Of a stretch of 64,000 bases of DNA, positions 35,831-50,100 are shown piece after piece. A model generated the notes under the pieces. It was not told the origin of the DNA, did no database searches, and was given only the letters and a program-made list of their open reading frames with translations. Every line of letters starts with the position of its first letter. Position 1 is the stretch's first letter. Source of the stretch: Hyphochytrium catenoides (Eukaryota; Protista; Hyphochytriomycota); contig FLMG01001160.1 in assembly GCA_900088475.1 (NCBI GenBank), positions 1 through 64,000 of the forward strand, given 5' to 3'. The position numbers and the translations under genes were made by a program.

Positions 35831-38492
35831 TCACGGCAGCAAGCCTTGTGCTTTATCTATATCCTCCCTCAGTAGTGTCGCAATTTGATCCTTCTTGTTA
35901 TCATCACCACTCCAGTCCATCTTTTCTAAGTCTTCTACGGCACTCTCCATCACCTCCCTCAGTCCAACATCAGTTATTAGTGATTTCCGATACGCTGCAG
36001 CTGCAGCCCCAACGTAGGTTTGATAAAACTCTAGACCAAGCCTGCAACGACAGGGGTTGAAAGGAAAATTAGCTTGTAAGATAGGGATTAAAGTGTGGGG
36101 GATTGCAAGAGGAGGAAGCCGCTGCAAAGCGGAAAACCGATATCGCAAGAGAAAGAACCTCGGGATCTTACAGCTGGTGCCCTCACAAAGGTAAAGTCAA
36201 CGTGATGAACCATTGTACAGGAGCACCTAAGGCACAATTACCTGCGGTATTCATCCTTGGTTCTCAATTTGTCTCCTGTCATGGCTGAATGCGGCCTCAC
36301 ATCGTGTATAAACACTGCTCGAACTAGGTGTCGATATTTCTCCAGCATCATCGCACCTAAGGCAGCGTCTCCCTGCCCACTATCGCCGTTAAAAACAAAA
36401 GAACACTCCGGATAGAGGCATTTAAACTGGATAAAGTGCTTGAACTTCGTCCTGTAACAAGTTCAACAGGATCATGTAAGTGGCGTAGGCTAGCCAGTAA
36501 TGTTCTGTCCCCATACGGGCAAAGGTTAGCTCTCATCGACTATCAACCTCTAATTGATTCCAACCCGACAAACCCTAACGATTAATCACACCATGCATCC
36601 TCCGAATTTACCTGGCGATGGTCTTGCTAGAATAACTTTGGGATAGACTTCCAGCCAGAATGGTTGGGGTAGTTATCCCCTGTAGCATAGACGTAGAATT
36701 CCGGTCAACAGAAGAGCTAGAACAACGACATAAACTCGGTTACCTGAGCCGCAAGGCTACGGACAGTCAATTTCTTTATTAGTCCACGCCAGCCGACTGG
36801 CCTTGCGGTGAGGAAGGTAAGCCCTGCCAACGTCTGCACCCCCTCATGCTCTGAATCTATAGTTCTCTCTTCCACGCTATCTTGAGATGTGAGAGATATC
36901 TCGTCACTGCTGTCGTCAGAAGAGATGGAGGAAGAGAGCGTTCTGGAGCTTGAAGGTGACTCATAAGACATCACGACTTCTGCAAGAAACGCTGAACCTG
37001 AGTAGCGGTAGTGTCCGTGGTAGGCAAGGAAGTCATTACCATCACTATCCATTGAATCGAGTCCAATTGGTACAGGCCCTGGCCCTAAATGCCTGTAGAA
37101 TTCTCTAACCCCCGGATACAGAACCCCTCGAGGATACCTGAAGTCAATCCAGCTGACAGTTAAGGGCCCAAAGTCGAGAAGTCAGCTGGAAAGTCACAAC
37201 TCTCATCTGAATCATAAGGTGATAGCTTACCCAGCGTAGAGGGTGTCATCAATGTCGCTTATAATCTTAAGACGTGGCTTGCGGTCGTATCCCTCCATAG
37301 CGCTCGCCTCCACTGCAAAGTGCTGCAAGAGCTCAAACCGAGTTTCCTGGTCCAAGATGTCCCTAACATATTCAGATTAGTTTCAAACTGGCTGTGTGCA
37401 CCTCTGCGATGATGGAGCTTTAAACCTGTAAATAAGATGATGAAGGTCACCTCCCACGTAGGGTGCAGCATGGAACGGGATCACGCCCTGCACAGATATC
37501 AGCGTGGTGGAGGAGGATGTCAGATAAGATTCCAGATGCTCCTTATGGATTCTCAGCTCTTACGTCCCACTTCGTCTTGCGAGTATTGCCCTGAAAGATG
37601 ACAGTCCCGATAAAGTCCTTGAGCTCCGACAACTCCGACCCCTTTGTCCTCAGAAAGATATTGGCTACCGCCTCGACGTCCACTTTTTTTAGGTGTTTCG
37701 ATCGTGTGTCTAGCCTAATGGCTTCAATAAGGCTTGCCTTTGACTCTGGCCTTTGAAAGCCACAAGGAAGCGAGAAAAGGCTATGCTGAGTAGCCTGCTG
37801 GGAACCACCGTAAGCCATCAGAATGCAAGTTCCCACCTCAGGTCACCTAGACGCTCGTTGGTCAAATACTCCAGAAGAACAGCCCTACCGGCCCTCGCAG
37901 TTCTTTTTAAGATAAAGCTCATCATAGGCTTCCCTACCGTCTCCTGTGCATTTTCCACCCCTCGAAGTGTGTTTGACATGGCAAGAACTGGCAGCGAATA
38001 ATCTAACGTAAGTTACAATGATAATAGGTATTGCTTCCTGCTGAACAGGTACCTGCGCTGGTGGGGGCTGGTGAACAGATAAGCTCATTGAGTTCTGCTG
38101 CTGATAATTTCTCCAGCATCGCAATCACTGAGGTTGCTTGCTTCTTCTGCTCATGGAATTGACAGTAGTAAGTGTTATAACGAGCAGAGTCTTAGGAAGC
38201 GAGCATTGCCGATACTCACCCTGCCCGAGAAGCCATCGACTATTGCATTTGCCACCTCGTTCTTCCCTCTCTTATGAGCGCGAGAAGGAGAAAATGCTAA
38301 AGGGAAACGGATCTTGAACCGTTCCTTAGGACTCACTTCGGCGGACGATGCCGATGATTGGGACGAATGCCATCTGCGCCGGCGGGAGGGATAGGACTGC
38401 AACTGTGCGGAAGACAACACTTTCCCGTTGGACAGCAGCGGCATCACTTTTGCGCATGGTGCGCGAGCGGTGATGGAAATCAGAAGCATCAT
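35831..38492 (-). CDS. APP1-like (DUF2183) phosphatidate phosphatase / HAD-like protein, multi-exon; start approximate
   Basis: Spliced motifs SDIDDTLYAG (DxDxT), YPRGVLYPGVREFY, LTFLTARP and LYPECSFVFNGDSGQGDA. Confidence 0.72.
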
Positions 38493-39256
38493 TGACCACG
38501 ATCTCCTCTTCTACTACTTATGCAAAGAAGAGCGGCTTTTCCACAGCATGTACTGTTATACAGGACGTGTCTGCGGATCCATCATCCTCTGTAGCTAGTT
38601 CACGGAGAATTTCTTGAAGCCTAGCACTGCCAAGAACTTGGAAACAGACCTGCCACTAGAACCTCCGTGCCCCAACGCTGCTTTGAGATCGCTCTCATCA
38701 AAGCTTTCCACCCCAGTTCGACGACAAACGTTCCCTCACCCGCTCTTCCCTTATCTTGGAGCCGATAGGCTACTACTACTGACTGATGACTGACACTGAC
38801 CGACCGTGGTGTTGGACAGGTGGAGACGTGAGAAGGGAGGCGCCCAAGGAGAGAGGCGAGTTCCCCAGACATCATCGTCAACCTTTTGTGCAGACAGAGA
38901 AACAGTCGGCGACCCGCTAACGACAGTAATTAGCACTATTCATGATAGATACATTCTTATTCTATATCGCATCAACTAAATCACCTATCCGCATGATGGG
39001 TGTACTGTAGCATGGGATGAGGTCAAGAAAAAGCTTCATCATCATCAGGAAGCGTCATCCGCATCAGTCTTCAGTCGTAGAACTCGAGATAGAGATCTAC
39101 CAAGCAGCCACACAACTGAGCAAGAGAGCTTGGGTCCAGTCTGGAAGAGACGGGGTTGTTGAGAGGAAACAAAGTCTCATTGGATGAGCTCGTCCCCAAT
39201 GACAATCTGAAGCGGAAGGGCATATCGACTCTGTGGGAAGCACCGAAACCGTAACA

Positions 39257-39964
39257 ATGCCACCAGCAGACTCAGCCTTCCCCGCGAAAAGCGTCCTTGA
39301 ACACCTGCAGGATAACAAAGAGTGGAATCATGCAGTCGTGTTTGACAACCATGGCAAAATCCTAGTATGCAAACCAGGATCAGATCCTCTGGACGGTGAA
39401 ATTGGGTGAGTGATTAAAATCCTAGTATTCAGTCAGTCAGTGTGCGTACTGCAAGCGTCTATCAATGCGGGAGCTCACCCTTCACCTTAGCTCGTTTCTT
39501 CAGGTGTTTGATGACCGCGACGCGACAATCCTCAAAGGGGTCGTCTATAAGGGTGAGCAGTTTGATGTCCACCGGTACGTCTTACATCTTCAAGGATGAA
39601 TTCTATCATTTGCTAACGCAGCCATAAAGATGGCACCCTCCACTCGTTTATGGTCGAAGAGGTGACTCCTCTAAGGGAGAAGGAGAAGGTTTCTGCATCT
39701 CTAAGGTAACTTTAGCCTACCGATTACTTTAGAGGCTGCTAGCATTCATTCCGAAACTCCATGCATAACTCTCTCTTGCACAGTGCACAACGGAAAATTC
39801 CAAGATGACAGTCTACACTCTCGTCACGTACAGCTTCCCTACACTATCCGCGCGGGCATTGACTCAGGTGAAGGCAATGGAAAATAAATTCAGTAAGTAC
39901 TTTCATCAAGGTGTCGGCTTATCATACTTGGCGCTGACAGCCTTCTACAGTCGTGCCGTCTTGA
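39257..39964 (+). CDS. Profilin-like small protein, multi-exon
   Basis: Spliced MPPADSAFPAKSVLEHLQDNKEWNHAVVFDNHGKIL..VFDDRDATILKGVVYKGEQFDVHR|WHPPLVYGRRGDSSKGEGEGFCISK..YTLVTYSFPTLSARALTQ. The size and pattern fit a profilin/roadblock-like fold. Confidence 0.65.
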
Positions 39965-40081
39965 ACATGCAGTTTGTGCCCAGGCCATGGGCTATGAAGG
40001 GACGACAACGTCACAGCTCTATTCATCTTCCCTGTAAAGTATAAATAAGTTATCTTTCTAACCAAACCACCATCTCGGCAA

Positions 40082-43000
40082 TCAAATATCGAGCCTTCCT
40101 AGCGTTGACTCTCTCCCGCTTTCCGACGATCCGGATGATAATAAACAGGACGAGTCCGACCCAGAGGAGGATAAGTAGTCATCTAATGGCATCAAGAGTT
40201 CATCTCCCTCCAGTGGCGTAAGGAGATGAAGGTGATTCCAGCCGGGGCTAACGTCCGCTGCTGGTGTAGATGGAGCTTTTACCTTAGCAAATTGTGGATG
40301 GGACAGTTGGACTTCATTTTCCTGAAGCTCTAGGACTCCTTTCGAGGAGAAAGTGTGGGAGGTGGAGAGGTTTTGACCAACCCGTGTGTCTACATTGTGT
40401 CGTCCTCTGAGGGTTTGGGTTAGCTCTTTAGCCGTGAAAGGTGCGTGATGGAAACAATTTATTGCATACCCGTGTCGCTCATTCCCTCCACGCACGCCGC
40501 TCCTGACCGTTGCTAGGAATGCTTCTTCGCTTGTTATGCTGCTTTGAAGACTATTTAGTTCGTCCCCAAGAGCCTCAGAGTCTCCAGAGCAGTCCGACTC
40601 ATCCAGGCTTATGGGTGGAAGAACGTAGCGTGCAAGACTCACTCCGGCTGAGGAAACTGCTGATAGCCTTGTAGGACGAGCTACGGAGGAGACCGGCAGA
40701 TTGACTTCAAAATCTTCTTCTGTAGTAGTACCTGTGCCTTCATAGCTACTAATGCCAGAAGCCGGCAAGACTTTGAGGTCAGGCTGGCCGCTTTCATTCA
40801 GAGGGGCAGGGCTAGGAGGGACTTTGCGGGAGATTAGATTAGGATGGCTTTCCGGACCCGGGTCAACATGGTGGTCAACGGGCTCTGGCAGCGTAGGCGT
40901 ACCAAACTGCCCCGGAGAAGGAGCACTAAAGCGCTGCAGGGCACGTTCGAAGCACGAGATGAGGTTTGACATTTGCTCAGCCTGCATTTAAGTATCAGTC
41001 ACTCTCTGAAGGCTTTTGTCAAAATATCCAATCCTCGTCAGCTCCTCCTAGGCGTATCCCTACTATGCGGCTCCTTCTACGTCTTTACTCCTTGTCGTCA
41101 CCCAACTCACCTGCAGAGTCTTCCAACTCTGATTGAGCTGAGACTCCTGTTGCAGCACATCAACGTGTTTCTCCAGCAAGTTGTTCTGCTGACTTTGGAA
41201 GTCTCGCATAAAATCCTTTAGCTCCGAGAAGATCGACAAATGTGCGGTAGTGAGAGGCGAGAGCGCTGATGCAATCTCTGACCCCAGATGATTATATACT
41301 TGTCTCTCATCGTCTTGTTGGGCCAAAGGTAACCCTGGAAATCCATCTACGCCAGACTTTCTCACATCCTCCTTACACTCTTGTTCTTCTTTCGGGGACG
41401 ACTTGGGAGCTCCGTCTGAGGCAATGTCTCCTCCGCTTTCCTTGATTACCATTGTCGAGTTGAAAGAATCCTCCTTCTTAGGTGGTGAGAGCTCCCCTTC
41501 CGCGTTCCCGGTCGCTACTGCAGTGGAGTTCTGTCCGTGGATCGCCGACGGTGGTGAAGAGAGAAGCGATTGCTCGGAGAGCTTATAACTTTGGAAGAAC
41601 AGCTTCAGGCATGCTTCATCGGAAAGCCCATTTTCTACTTCCTGGCCATCCTCACCCAGGCTCCATATTGCATCTAGGTTTCTTCCAGCTTCCTCCAATC
41701 CCGTTATGGACTTAGCACGGGATAGCGCTTTGGTTACTTCCTCTTGGATAAGTTGAAGCTCTAATGACTTCAGCAACTAGGGTTCAAAGTCAGCAGGAAG
41801 ACATATGAAGTACATGCAGCACACTTGCATATAAAAAGATCGAGCTCATACTTCCTTTCCGCTAACATATTAAGAAACTCTCAAAAGCATCATACCTCCT
41901 CGTCCACCCGCTCGTCAGAAGGCTCCGTTTCCCTCATCATGACATCTTGGTTGCCTTTGGCTTGTGTCGCTCCTAGTCTCTCAGTATTAATCCCATTTGA
42001 TGGCTGCTCCTTTAAAAGCTCGCTAATGATGGAGTTGGGAAGAGTTTCCAAGGCAGAGGTCGTTAAGCAGTGGATATGGTCACTCATAGGCACCTCTGCG
42101 GGGTTTTCAGCTTCTTGTTGATTATAGCTAAGAGACTCAGAATTGCCTGAGAATGCAGCTGGTTGGCTTTGTCCGGCACCCTTCACTTCAAACAAGGCAT
42201 TCTCTGCGTTAGAGAAGACATTTTAGCGAATACACTATTATAGCAGAGAGGCAGAGATTCTGTGACCGTTAAACGCACCGGATTGAGGATTATGGGCCTT
42301 AGCTTGAGCTCGCCGCTTGACGTGACTCTTTTTCGGCCTAATTGCGGAAGTTCAGTTTGTCTCTAGAATGGCATCAAGTCTAACATGTCAAACCAGGTTA
42401 GAAGTACCTGGGACTCCTCTGTCTGGCGCTAGCAGCGACTAAAGCTGTAAACTCCGCATAGCGGATTTCTCTTCGCTGCCTAGACAAGGAGCACCTCTCG
42501 ACAAATGTAAGACACCTCTGGGGTGACAGTTCGATCCTTAGGGCTGCTAATGCATGCCGCAGTTCGTGGTAGTCAATGTACCCATCGTGGTCAGCATCTG
42601 CCAGGTTAAAGCACCTTCGTAGCGAGAAGAAGAGAGAGGTTTATTGGACGGAGAGGTTGAAAGCAAAAAAGCGGCAGGTACATTAGGTAGCAGTAGCCTA
42701 AGAACCTCTCCTAAGGCTTACCGCCTAATAGTCTCCGGATCCACATCGTGGCGATGCGCACCTGAATTGAGCGTGGGTGGAGCAAAACTAAACCCAGGAC
42801 TGCTGTAATGCTCGGAGAGAACCTGTCCATTCATGATGGGTCCTTAGCTATACTATCAAAGTATAGCGGACGAGGGTGTAGTTCGAACGGATGCTATAAG
42901 TGTTACCTGGCCGCCAATGGAGGAGTAGTTACCCTTCCAGTCATTCTTGGTGGACTGACATTTGGCTGCAGTTCTCCCTGGGCCACGTTCGGTGTTACGC

Positions 43001-45025
43001 TGGACTGTCTGACGAACTGTTGGCGGGAATCTGACTACAGAGTTACTTTTCACTCTTGGAGCATCGTTTTCCTTATTATGGGACAGAGCTACCCTCTTTT
43101 TTGAGGTTCCGGATTCTTTGCGTTCGCTCTCTCGAGGGTCGGTCCTTTTCTCGGTGCTCTCGGAGGAACATGTTCCCGAATTCGCTTCCTCTTTAACAGT
43201 TTTAGTCTCCGGATCGTTGAAAGAGGCTTGTACAGCTATGTTGTGACTGGATATCGTTGAAAGAGCTTGTCTCTCGTCCTTCTCTGACTCCTTTTGGACA
43301 TCCTCAAGTATGCTACCGGTCGGAAGGCTCTGCGGTACTGTTTCAGGAGGGTCCCAAAGACTTGGTCCCGTCCGGGATTTAAGATCTGCTTCAAGCCCTT
43401 GGTCCCTCGACTCGGTTTGAGCTTGCTCTCTAGCAGTGATTTTCTGCAATTTAATGCGCCTAGTATCGTCCCTGCTCTGCCTCTTGCTCGGTCTGAAGGT
43501 AGATCGTCTAAGCTCGGGATCTGTTTCTTCGAACCCTTTGCTCCTATCGCCTCGTTTGAGGTTTGCGGGCTTACTCTGTAAACCACGGCGAATAACACCA
43601 GATGAGACTGTTAGAGATCGTGCTGGCACCCGAATCGGTATCGCAGCCATCACCTTGGAATCTAACTTGTCTTTAGACCCTAACACAGACAAGTCTTCTG
43701 CATTTTGACGTCTTGTCTTCTTAGCCTATGGCAGAATTCCTCAGTTTAAGCAGTAGGGCATATTAAGTCGTATAGATCCTCTGCAAGCTACTGTCGCATT
43801 GTTATGCGGTCCAGATGAGATGAGCTTACCTTGGCAAGAGCGCCAACGGAGGGCCGAGTAATTGCTGCGGCTTGGAGCGGTCCCTGCTGCCACGAGGTCC
43901 TGATTCGGTGGTCTATCTCACTCTTTGATTGCCGAAGATTCATCAGTTCCGTATGTATGTTTTCCGCACTGAAATCGCCTAACTTTGCGAGCCTCTCGTT
44001 TGGCTCGCCCTTGTGTGATGAGCTTCTTATGGCGGAAACATCAAAGGAGAACTGGGAAGATAGAGTACTGAAATCCTTGTACCCATCAACCAACTGTCGT
44101 ATTCTTGTCTAGGCATACAGTGGAGGTAGAGACATACATTTTTGCATGAGTGGAATGACCCATTGGATGCCCAGCAGCACCCCTTACCTGTAATAGAACA
44201 GCTTCCTCGTCCGTATCCTTCTTTATTGCTCTCAAGTGCTCAGTTACACTTGGTAAGACTTCAGCGATTTCCTTTAACTCTTTGGCTGTTGCTCGGACCT
44301 GGATCCCACATCACTGGGTTAGTGCGATGACTAAGAAGATCCTACTTCGAACGCTATTTAACCTCAGAGATATCTGGAGATCTGGAGGAGTTGCGAAGGC
44401 TCGCAGAAGGTTCCTGGAGTCGGCTTTCTATCTGTCGAATTCGTTCTCTCGTGTCGTTTAGGTCCTGGACCAACAAGCTATGTTCCATGGGTATGGGGAA
44501 TGTAGCTTCCACTGCAGGAACACTTGTATGGCGGTTAGCATTGACATCCACTTTCTCGTCCGCGGTAGACTGCAAAGGAGCTTTGTCTTGCATAACGTTC
44601 TTTGCAGAGGACGTTCGAGCACTAGGAGCTCTACCTCTCAAAGTGGAAGGTCTTGACGGGTATGCTCTGAGCTCCGACGGTCTTTGAACGGCCTTGGGCT
44701 TCTGAATTTGGATTCTAACTGGTGGCTGCAAGCTCTCATGAGGTTTACGACTCTCTTTATTGGCTTTAAGGAAACGCACTGCTCTCTCTTTGGGCCGCTC
44801 CTTGGACAGTCCCTCTGGAGACCTGCCTCCAGGAAGGGCTCTTATAGTTGCCTGATGTGGCTCCGGTACTCTTCTTCTTGCAGTAACAGGTGACGAGTTA
44901 TGCAAAAAGTCAGAGTCGAAGTCGGCATCCGTCAGAAGCGTTGAGGGGATGCTTGTAAATTGGTTCCTAAACCTTCCATTCGCACGAGGTGAGAGTTCTT
45001 CGTCATCTCGGATAATGCTCTCCAT
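40082..45025 (-). CDS. Large low-complexity/coiled-coil hypothetical protein with an EF-hand, multi-exon
   Basis: Chain of long same-strand ORFs (45025-44354, 43692-42856, 41776-41063, 40987-40082) separated by GT-AG introns. EF-hand-like exon at about 42510-42620: LRRCFNLADADHDGYIDYHELRHALAAL. Confidence 0.6.
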
Positions 45026-45688
45026 TCTGTGTATGATAGAATGGATAAAAGTAAGCTCTTAACAGAGAATGGAGAGCTTTGTTCTCAGCCTGCAACTGTC
45101 ATGACATTGGTGGGAGGTAGCCAACAAGACATCTCCCTTGCGTCCATCAGGCCGAAGGTGTAACGTGATCGATGAAGAATGCGCATTGAGTACTGCTGCA
45201 GCGCCTTCCGCCTCGACCTCCTCTGACAGGACTGAGCGCTTGGATAAGAACAGTGTCTCCATAAAGCTCAAAGACGCGATGACATGACCTTTTGCCTTTT
45301 GCCATTTTTTCTTCAACCTTCCCAACGATTGTTAAACTGAAAGCTTAAGTTACTAAAGAAGCCTGACACAATGATTCGTCTAATCAGATTAGCTGCATAC
45401 AGACATTCCCCTGGAGCTCAGTGCCTCCATCGGCTGGTCCATCCTCCCATAATATTCATTGCTTCGCACTGAGACAATAATATGATGAAGCTCTGAACAC
45501 TCGTCCAGCTTTCCAGAGAGCTCATGACTGGTGATTGGTTTCTTCCAAGACGGAGGAACCTGGCAACTACTTTGCAAAGCTTCGAACGAGGCCTCATCAC
45601 TTTATTGGCGTCTCTTGCCGTCCACCTCGAGGAGGTATCTCACTTTAACTGTTACCTCCGCCCCCAACCACTCGGCGGACCCTGACGC

Positions 45689-46933
45689 ATGACGATGGAG
45701 GGCCGGGACAAGAAAGCGAAGAAGAGCAAGAAACAGGGAACCAGTGCGGACAAAGGTGAAAGGAACAATAGAGAGAAAGCTCAACCTACGAAATCATCAA
45801 CGACTGGGATCAAAGACAGTGGCACTGACACGCTTCAATCACACGCCAAGTCAAGAGAAACTGGAAACCCAATCAACTCAGTGAATCAGGCGACAAAGTC
45901 AAGGAAACGCAACTTGGACGCGTTGACTGGTGGAAAAGCAGATAGCAATGATGTTGCTGGCACACAAAGTAGTCCCTGGGAGGTTGTTACCGTAAGCGCC
46001 TCCGATGTCATGAATCCATGTGGGAAGCCTCTCACCGCTGCACAATAACGTTATTCACAGGCTGTTTTTCGGGTCTCTCTTCCTCCTTCCTATATTGGAG
46101 ACATACAGGCTGGAGTCAACGCTGTGCTCAACAGCTACGTCATGAAGTAGGTAACCTTTGCTCTCTAAGACGAGAAAGTCGCTTTTAGGCGTTACTGACA
46201 GAGTAACGATACGACAATTGTCTGACCTTTTCGTCTGAATGTAGGTATCGTGATGATGTAGACGGTGTTATCATGGCATACTCCAAAGTTGATCTGTGCA
46301 CCGATCACGCCAACATTTTGAACGAGAACCCCTATATTCTTTTCTCAGTTAAAGCGCGAGCCCTTATCTTCAGGCCTCAGAAGGGCATGGTGCTACGGGG
46401 CAAGGTCAACAAGGTCGGCAGCAACCACATTGGGATGCTAGTGAACGGCATTTTCAACGCCTCCATTCCCGGCAATGAGGTCTCGGATGGCTATGTCTTT
46501 AACCCGCATAAAGATGCTTGGTAAGCTGTCTAACTCCGATCTGACTACTTCTTAAGAGCCTGGTACTCCTGCTCTCCTGTTGGTAACATCATTCTTGGAT
46601 CCATGAAAACGATGGCTTCAAATCTCTTCAGTCGATCAATGCTGATCACTGCTTATTCCCCTTTACAGGACGAATGAAGCTGATAACACCATCAAAGTTG
46701 ATGATGAAGTGGAGTTCCGGGTCGCAAAGTAAATGCACATGAGCTATGCAGTATTTCAGACGCATAATCTAACACCCATCTCTTCTCTGACCCTCAACAG
46801 CTTGTTCGAGTCCAGCGGACTTATAGCCATCTCGGGTAGCCTAAAGCCTGACCCTGAAGACCATAGTGAAGACCATACGGCTAATGCATCTGCCAAGAAA
46901 AAGCGGCGGAAAGGAGATAAAGGCAAACACTAG
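45689..46933 (+). CDS. RPA43: DNA-directed RNA polymerase I subunit RPA43
   Basis: VSLPPSYIGDIQAGVNAVLNSYVMKY..GVIMAYSKV..ENPYILFSVKARALIFRPQKGMVLRGKVNKVGSNHIGMLVNGIFNASIP..VEFRV..LIAISGSL, followed by a Lys-rich tail. Confidence 0.88.
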
Positions 46934-47137
46934 ATGGATCTCCGCGATAGGGTAGCAGCAGTATAAGCAAATGAAGGCAGCAGTAAAGGACGAGGAAGCT
47001 TGCTATCATTGAGCCTTGGTCAGCACTAAGTAGATGAATAACAGCTTAATCTGTCTCGAGGCAGTAACAAAACCGACACCCAGACATAAAAAGGCCAAAA
47101 ACTCGAGGCTGCTAAGCTGTGAAGCCTGTACGACCTT

Positions 47138-50100
47138 CTAGTTGAAGTCTTCTGAACCATAGCCCGAACCATACCCAGATCCGAAGTCTGAGCCGCAATC
47201 TGAGCCCGAACCGTATCCCGACCCATAACCGGAACCGTAACCAGAACCGTAACCAGAGCCGTAACCAGACACATACCTACGAGAGGGAGCGCAGGGCGAT
47301 CAGGGAGCAGAAAGCTGTTGGTGGTTTGCAAAGGGGTTACTTACCCTTGATCATCCATTCGCCGCCGACCGCGCCTAATACGAATATTGCCTCGGTCTCT
47401 ACTGCGGAAGTTGATCATACGGATAGTCAGTTAAACAAGGCAAGGTGTTAATAGAAGAAAAAGGGTTCTCACCTTGACCTCCGCATACCTCCCTCTAACC
47501 TAACAGGTCCGGTGGGGAAAGGCTCTGGCTGTCCTTGGTCTTCACCATAACTGCCAAGACGGTCAAACGACAAGATATCATTTATTAGTAGTAGAAGCAG
47601 GACATGTAAGTTGGAGGAGCAGGATGTGTAGGTTCAATAGAGGAATCAGTATACAGGTAGAAGGAAAGAGAGGCAAAAGCCCACCTCTTAAAGATGAGAG
47701 GCTTGTATGAATCATCCTTATCCATCAAACTTGAATTTTGAAACCGCGCAATCATCGAAGCCTTGCCTTGGATTCTAGCGTAGGTGACGCGGCAAACCTA
47801 AAACCCGTCAAGCGAATGAGATAAGAGTCACGAACCGTGGTCGTATCATAAATTTCCGCATACCTTCTCACTATTAAAGTTGGGCCACTTCCTATCATTG
47901 AACTCGTGGAAAAATGCAATGATGGACCGATAGTCAATAAAGTTTAAAAAAGCATAACCAACGTTGCACTTGTTCTTGAAGTCGATCGGCAGATAAAAGA
48001 AGTCATACAGTCCCTGGACAAAGAGAGTTAGAAAGATGATAAAATAAGAGTATAGTGGGTGGACTGTAAGATGTCAATCAAGAGCTACGAGGACGGTTAA
48101 AAAGGAGGGACGAGTGAATCGCACTGCATTCGCATCAAAGAGGGAAAGTTAGTGGTCACGAAGCTCAAGCACAACCACAGAGGCCCCAGACCCTTCAGAC
48201 GCCAATAGCGTGCTTCTGCACAACTTACTGCATGATTCACGCTAATCTCTGCAAGCAGCATTTGCTGGGAATACTTGTTAGGAATGTTTCTAATCATGAT
48301 TGTTGTTCTTTTATCTATTCCCAGCCGGATGCTTTCCAGATTCAAGGCAAATTGCTGCACAAAAAAGAGGCAAAAGCTTATCAGTCTTACATAAATGAGT
48401 AATTGAAGGCTCAGAAGGAAGATGCAGGAAATACCAATGAACCCAGCTGACTGCTATAGGCTATGGAAATCCAAATAACAGCTAACGCTACTGGAGCCAT
48501 TGCACTTACCGCATCCGTAGTGCCAGAGCTCCCTTTGCTAGGATCTCTGCCCGCGGGAGAGGGATCTCTTGATCGGGACTGGAGGGTGCTGGAAGCCACC
48601 ACACGGTTCTTCTTATGCAGTACAGGACCATGCGGAGTAGGGCGGCCCACCGGGTAGTCTGATGGGTCGTAGACAGACGGACAAGATTAGATTATGGAAT
48701 TTTCCGAATATTAGTCAGAAGCGGTGGCTTTCACTCTTATCAGGACCTAGTCCATCAAAGAACAACAAAGGCCTCAAATTACAAACGCTTACCATCCCAG
48801 TCGGAGTTGTTAGTATCACTGTCCAGCAGTGTGGTCACTGAAGAGTAAGGGATGTCGTTCTGTGCCAACGTGGACCCATATAACCCTGAATTCACCATTC
48901 AAGGAAGAAAGTGCAAAGAGCAGGGTGAGAGGTTGATGCGGCTGTTACAATCGCCACAAGTAGCTGACCTGTTCCTGAGAAAGGTGTGGAATAGAGGCTC
49001 GACGAAGCGTTGAACCGAGAGTTGGACCGAGTAGTGACGGAGGTCACAAAAGGGAGACCAAAACCGGGTAAGCCTGCTTGTCGTGGAGAGACGTAGTTGG
49101 TTTGAGACACAATAAAGGTTCACAAGTCCAGGCTGAAAGGTGCAACAAGGGCACATACCTCCCGTTGTTGCGGGTGAGTTTGTTCGACCTGGGAGCCCAA
49201 TCGTACTTGTAGTCAGGCCCGACGTTCGCGTGGTCGTGAGAGTCTGAAGAGTTGGGCCCGCAAGTGGAGCTTTGTAACTCTGCACTAAATCATAATGACG
49301 CTTCATTAGCGCCGCTGTCTCTGCACCAGGCTTCAGAACCGTTAGATCAAGCGTAGCTCCCCAAGGGGCCTGGCCATTGCATCGCGACAGAGCGATCCGG
49401 GCCTCCCGCACGTCCGGAAACTCCACAATGCGTGCATCCACCGCCTGTCGATCCCTGCTGACTTTTGTAACCTGACCATACTTGGCAAAGTATTCGATAA
49501 TATCCTCCTCTTTTACTGTGAGCGGGATTGGTCGGACTACTAAGAGTCCGCCGTTGAAATCACTATCAGGTAGTTCTGCGGGCACCAGATATTCAACATT
49601 CAGGATCCCGTGTTGGTCAGCCAAGCGAAGCATCCGAATATCTTGTCCATTGAGGCTCTGCTTGGCACGGTAGGCTGCTCTCGTGTCAAAGAAGACTGCC
49701 ACAATAATGCCCTTACTCTTGAAGTTCAAATTCACCTCTTTCACAATCCCGTATGGGGCGAAAAATTCAGTCAGCTGTTCCAAGGATATGGAATTGAAAG
49801 CCCCAAACTTCGAACGAACCATTATGTAACGCGTGGCCTCCTTCGTCACAAACGGATCTAGGATGCTATCCACATGCTCGGAACCCGACGCAGTCTCGGA
49901 GCCTGAACCTATGCCACCTTCTTTATCGGACTCTGATCCTGACTCCAATCCGAGATTCAGAGAGGAGGCGCTCATATTGCTCCCACGGCCGGTCCAGGGG
50001 TCAGCCGTATGAACGAGCTTTAGCTCACGTTGTCTCCCTATGGAAGGACTTGGCTCTGTTGCCACCTCTGACTTCTGATCCGTTGGACTAGCAAGAGGGA

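Noticed and set aside
45059-45600. Short minus-strand ORFs between the EF-hand gene and RPA43
   Set aside because: No domain evidence; they may be UTR or bidirectional promoter sequence.
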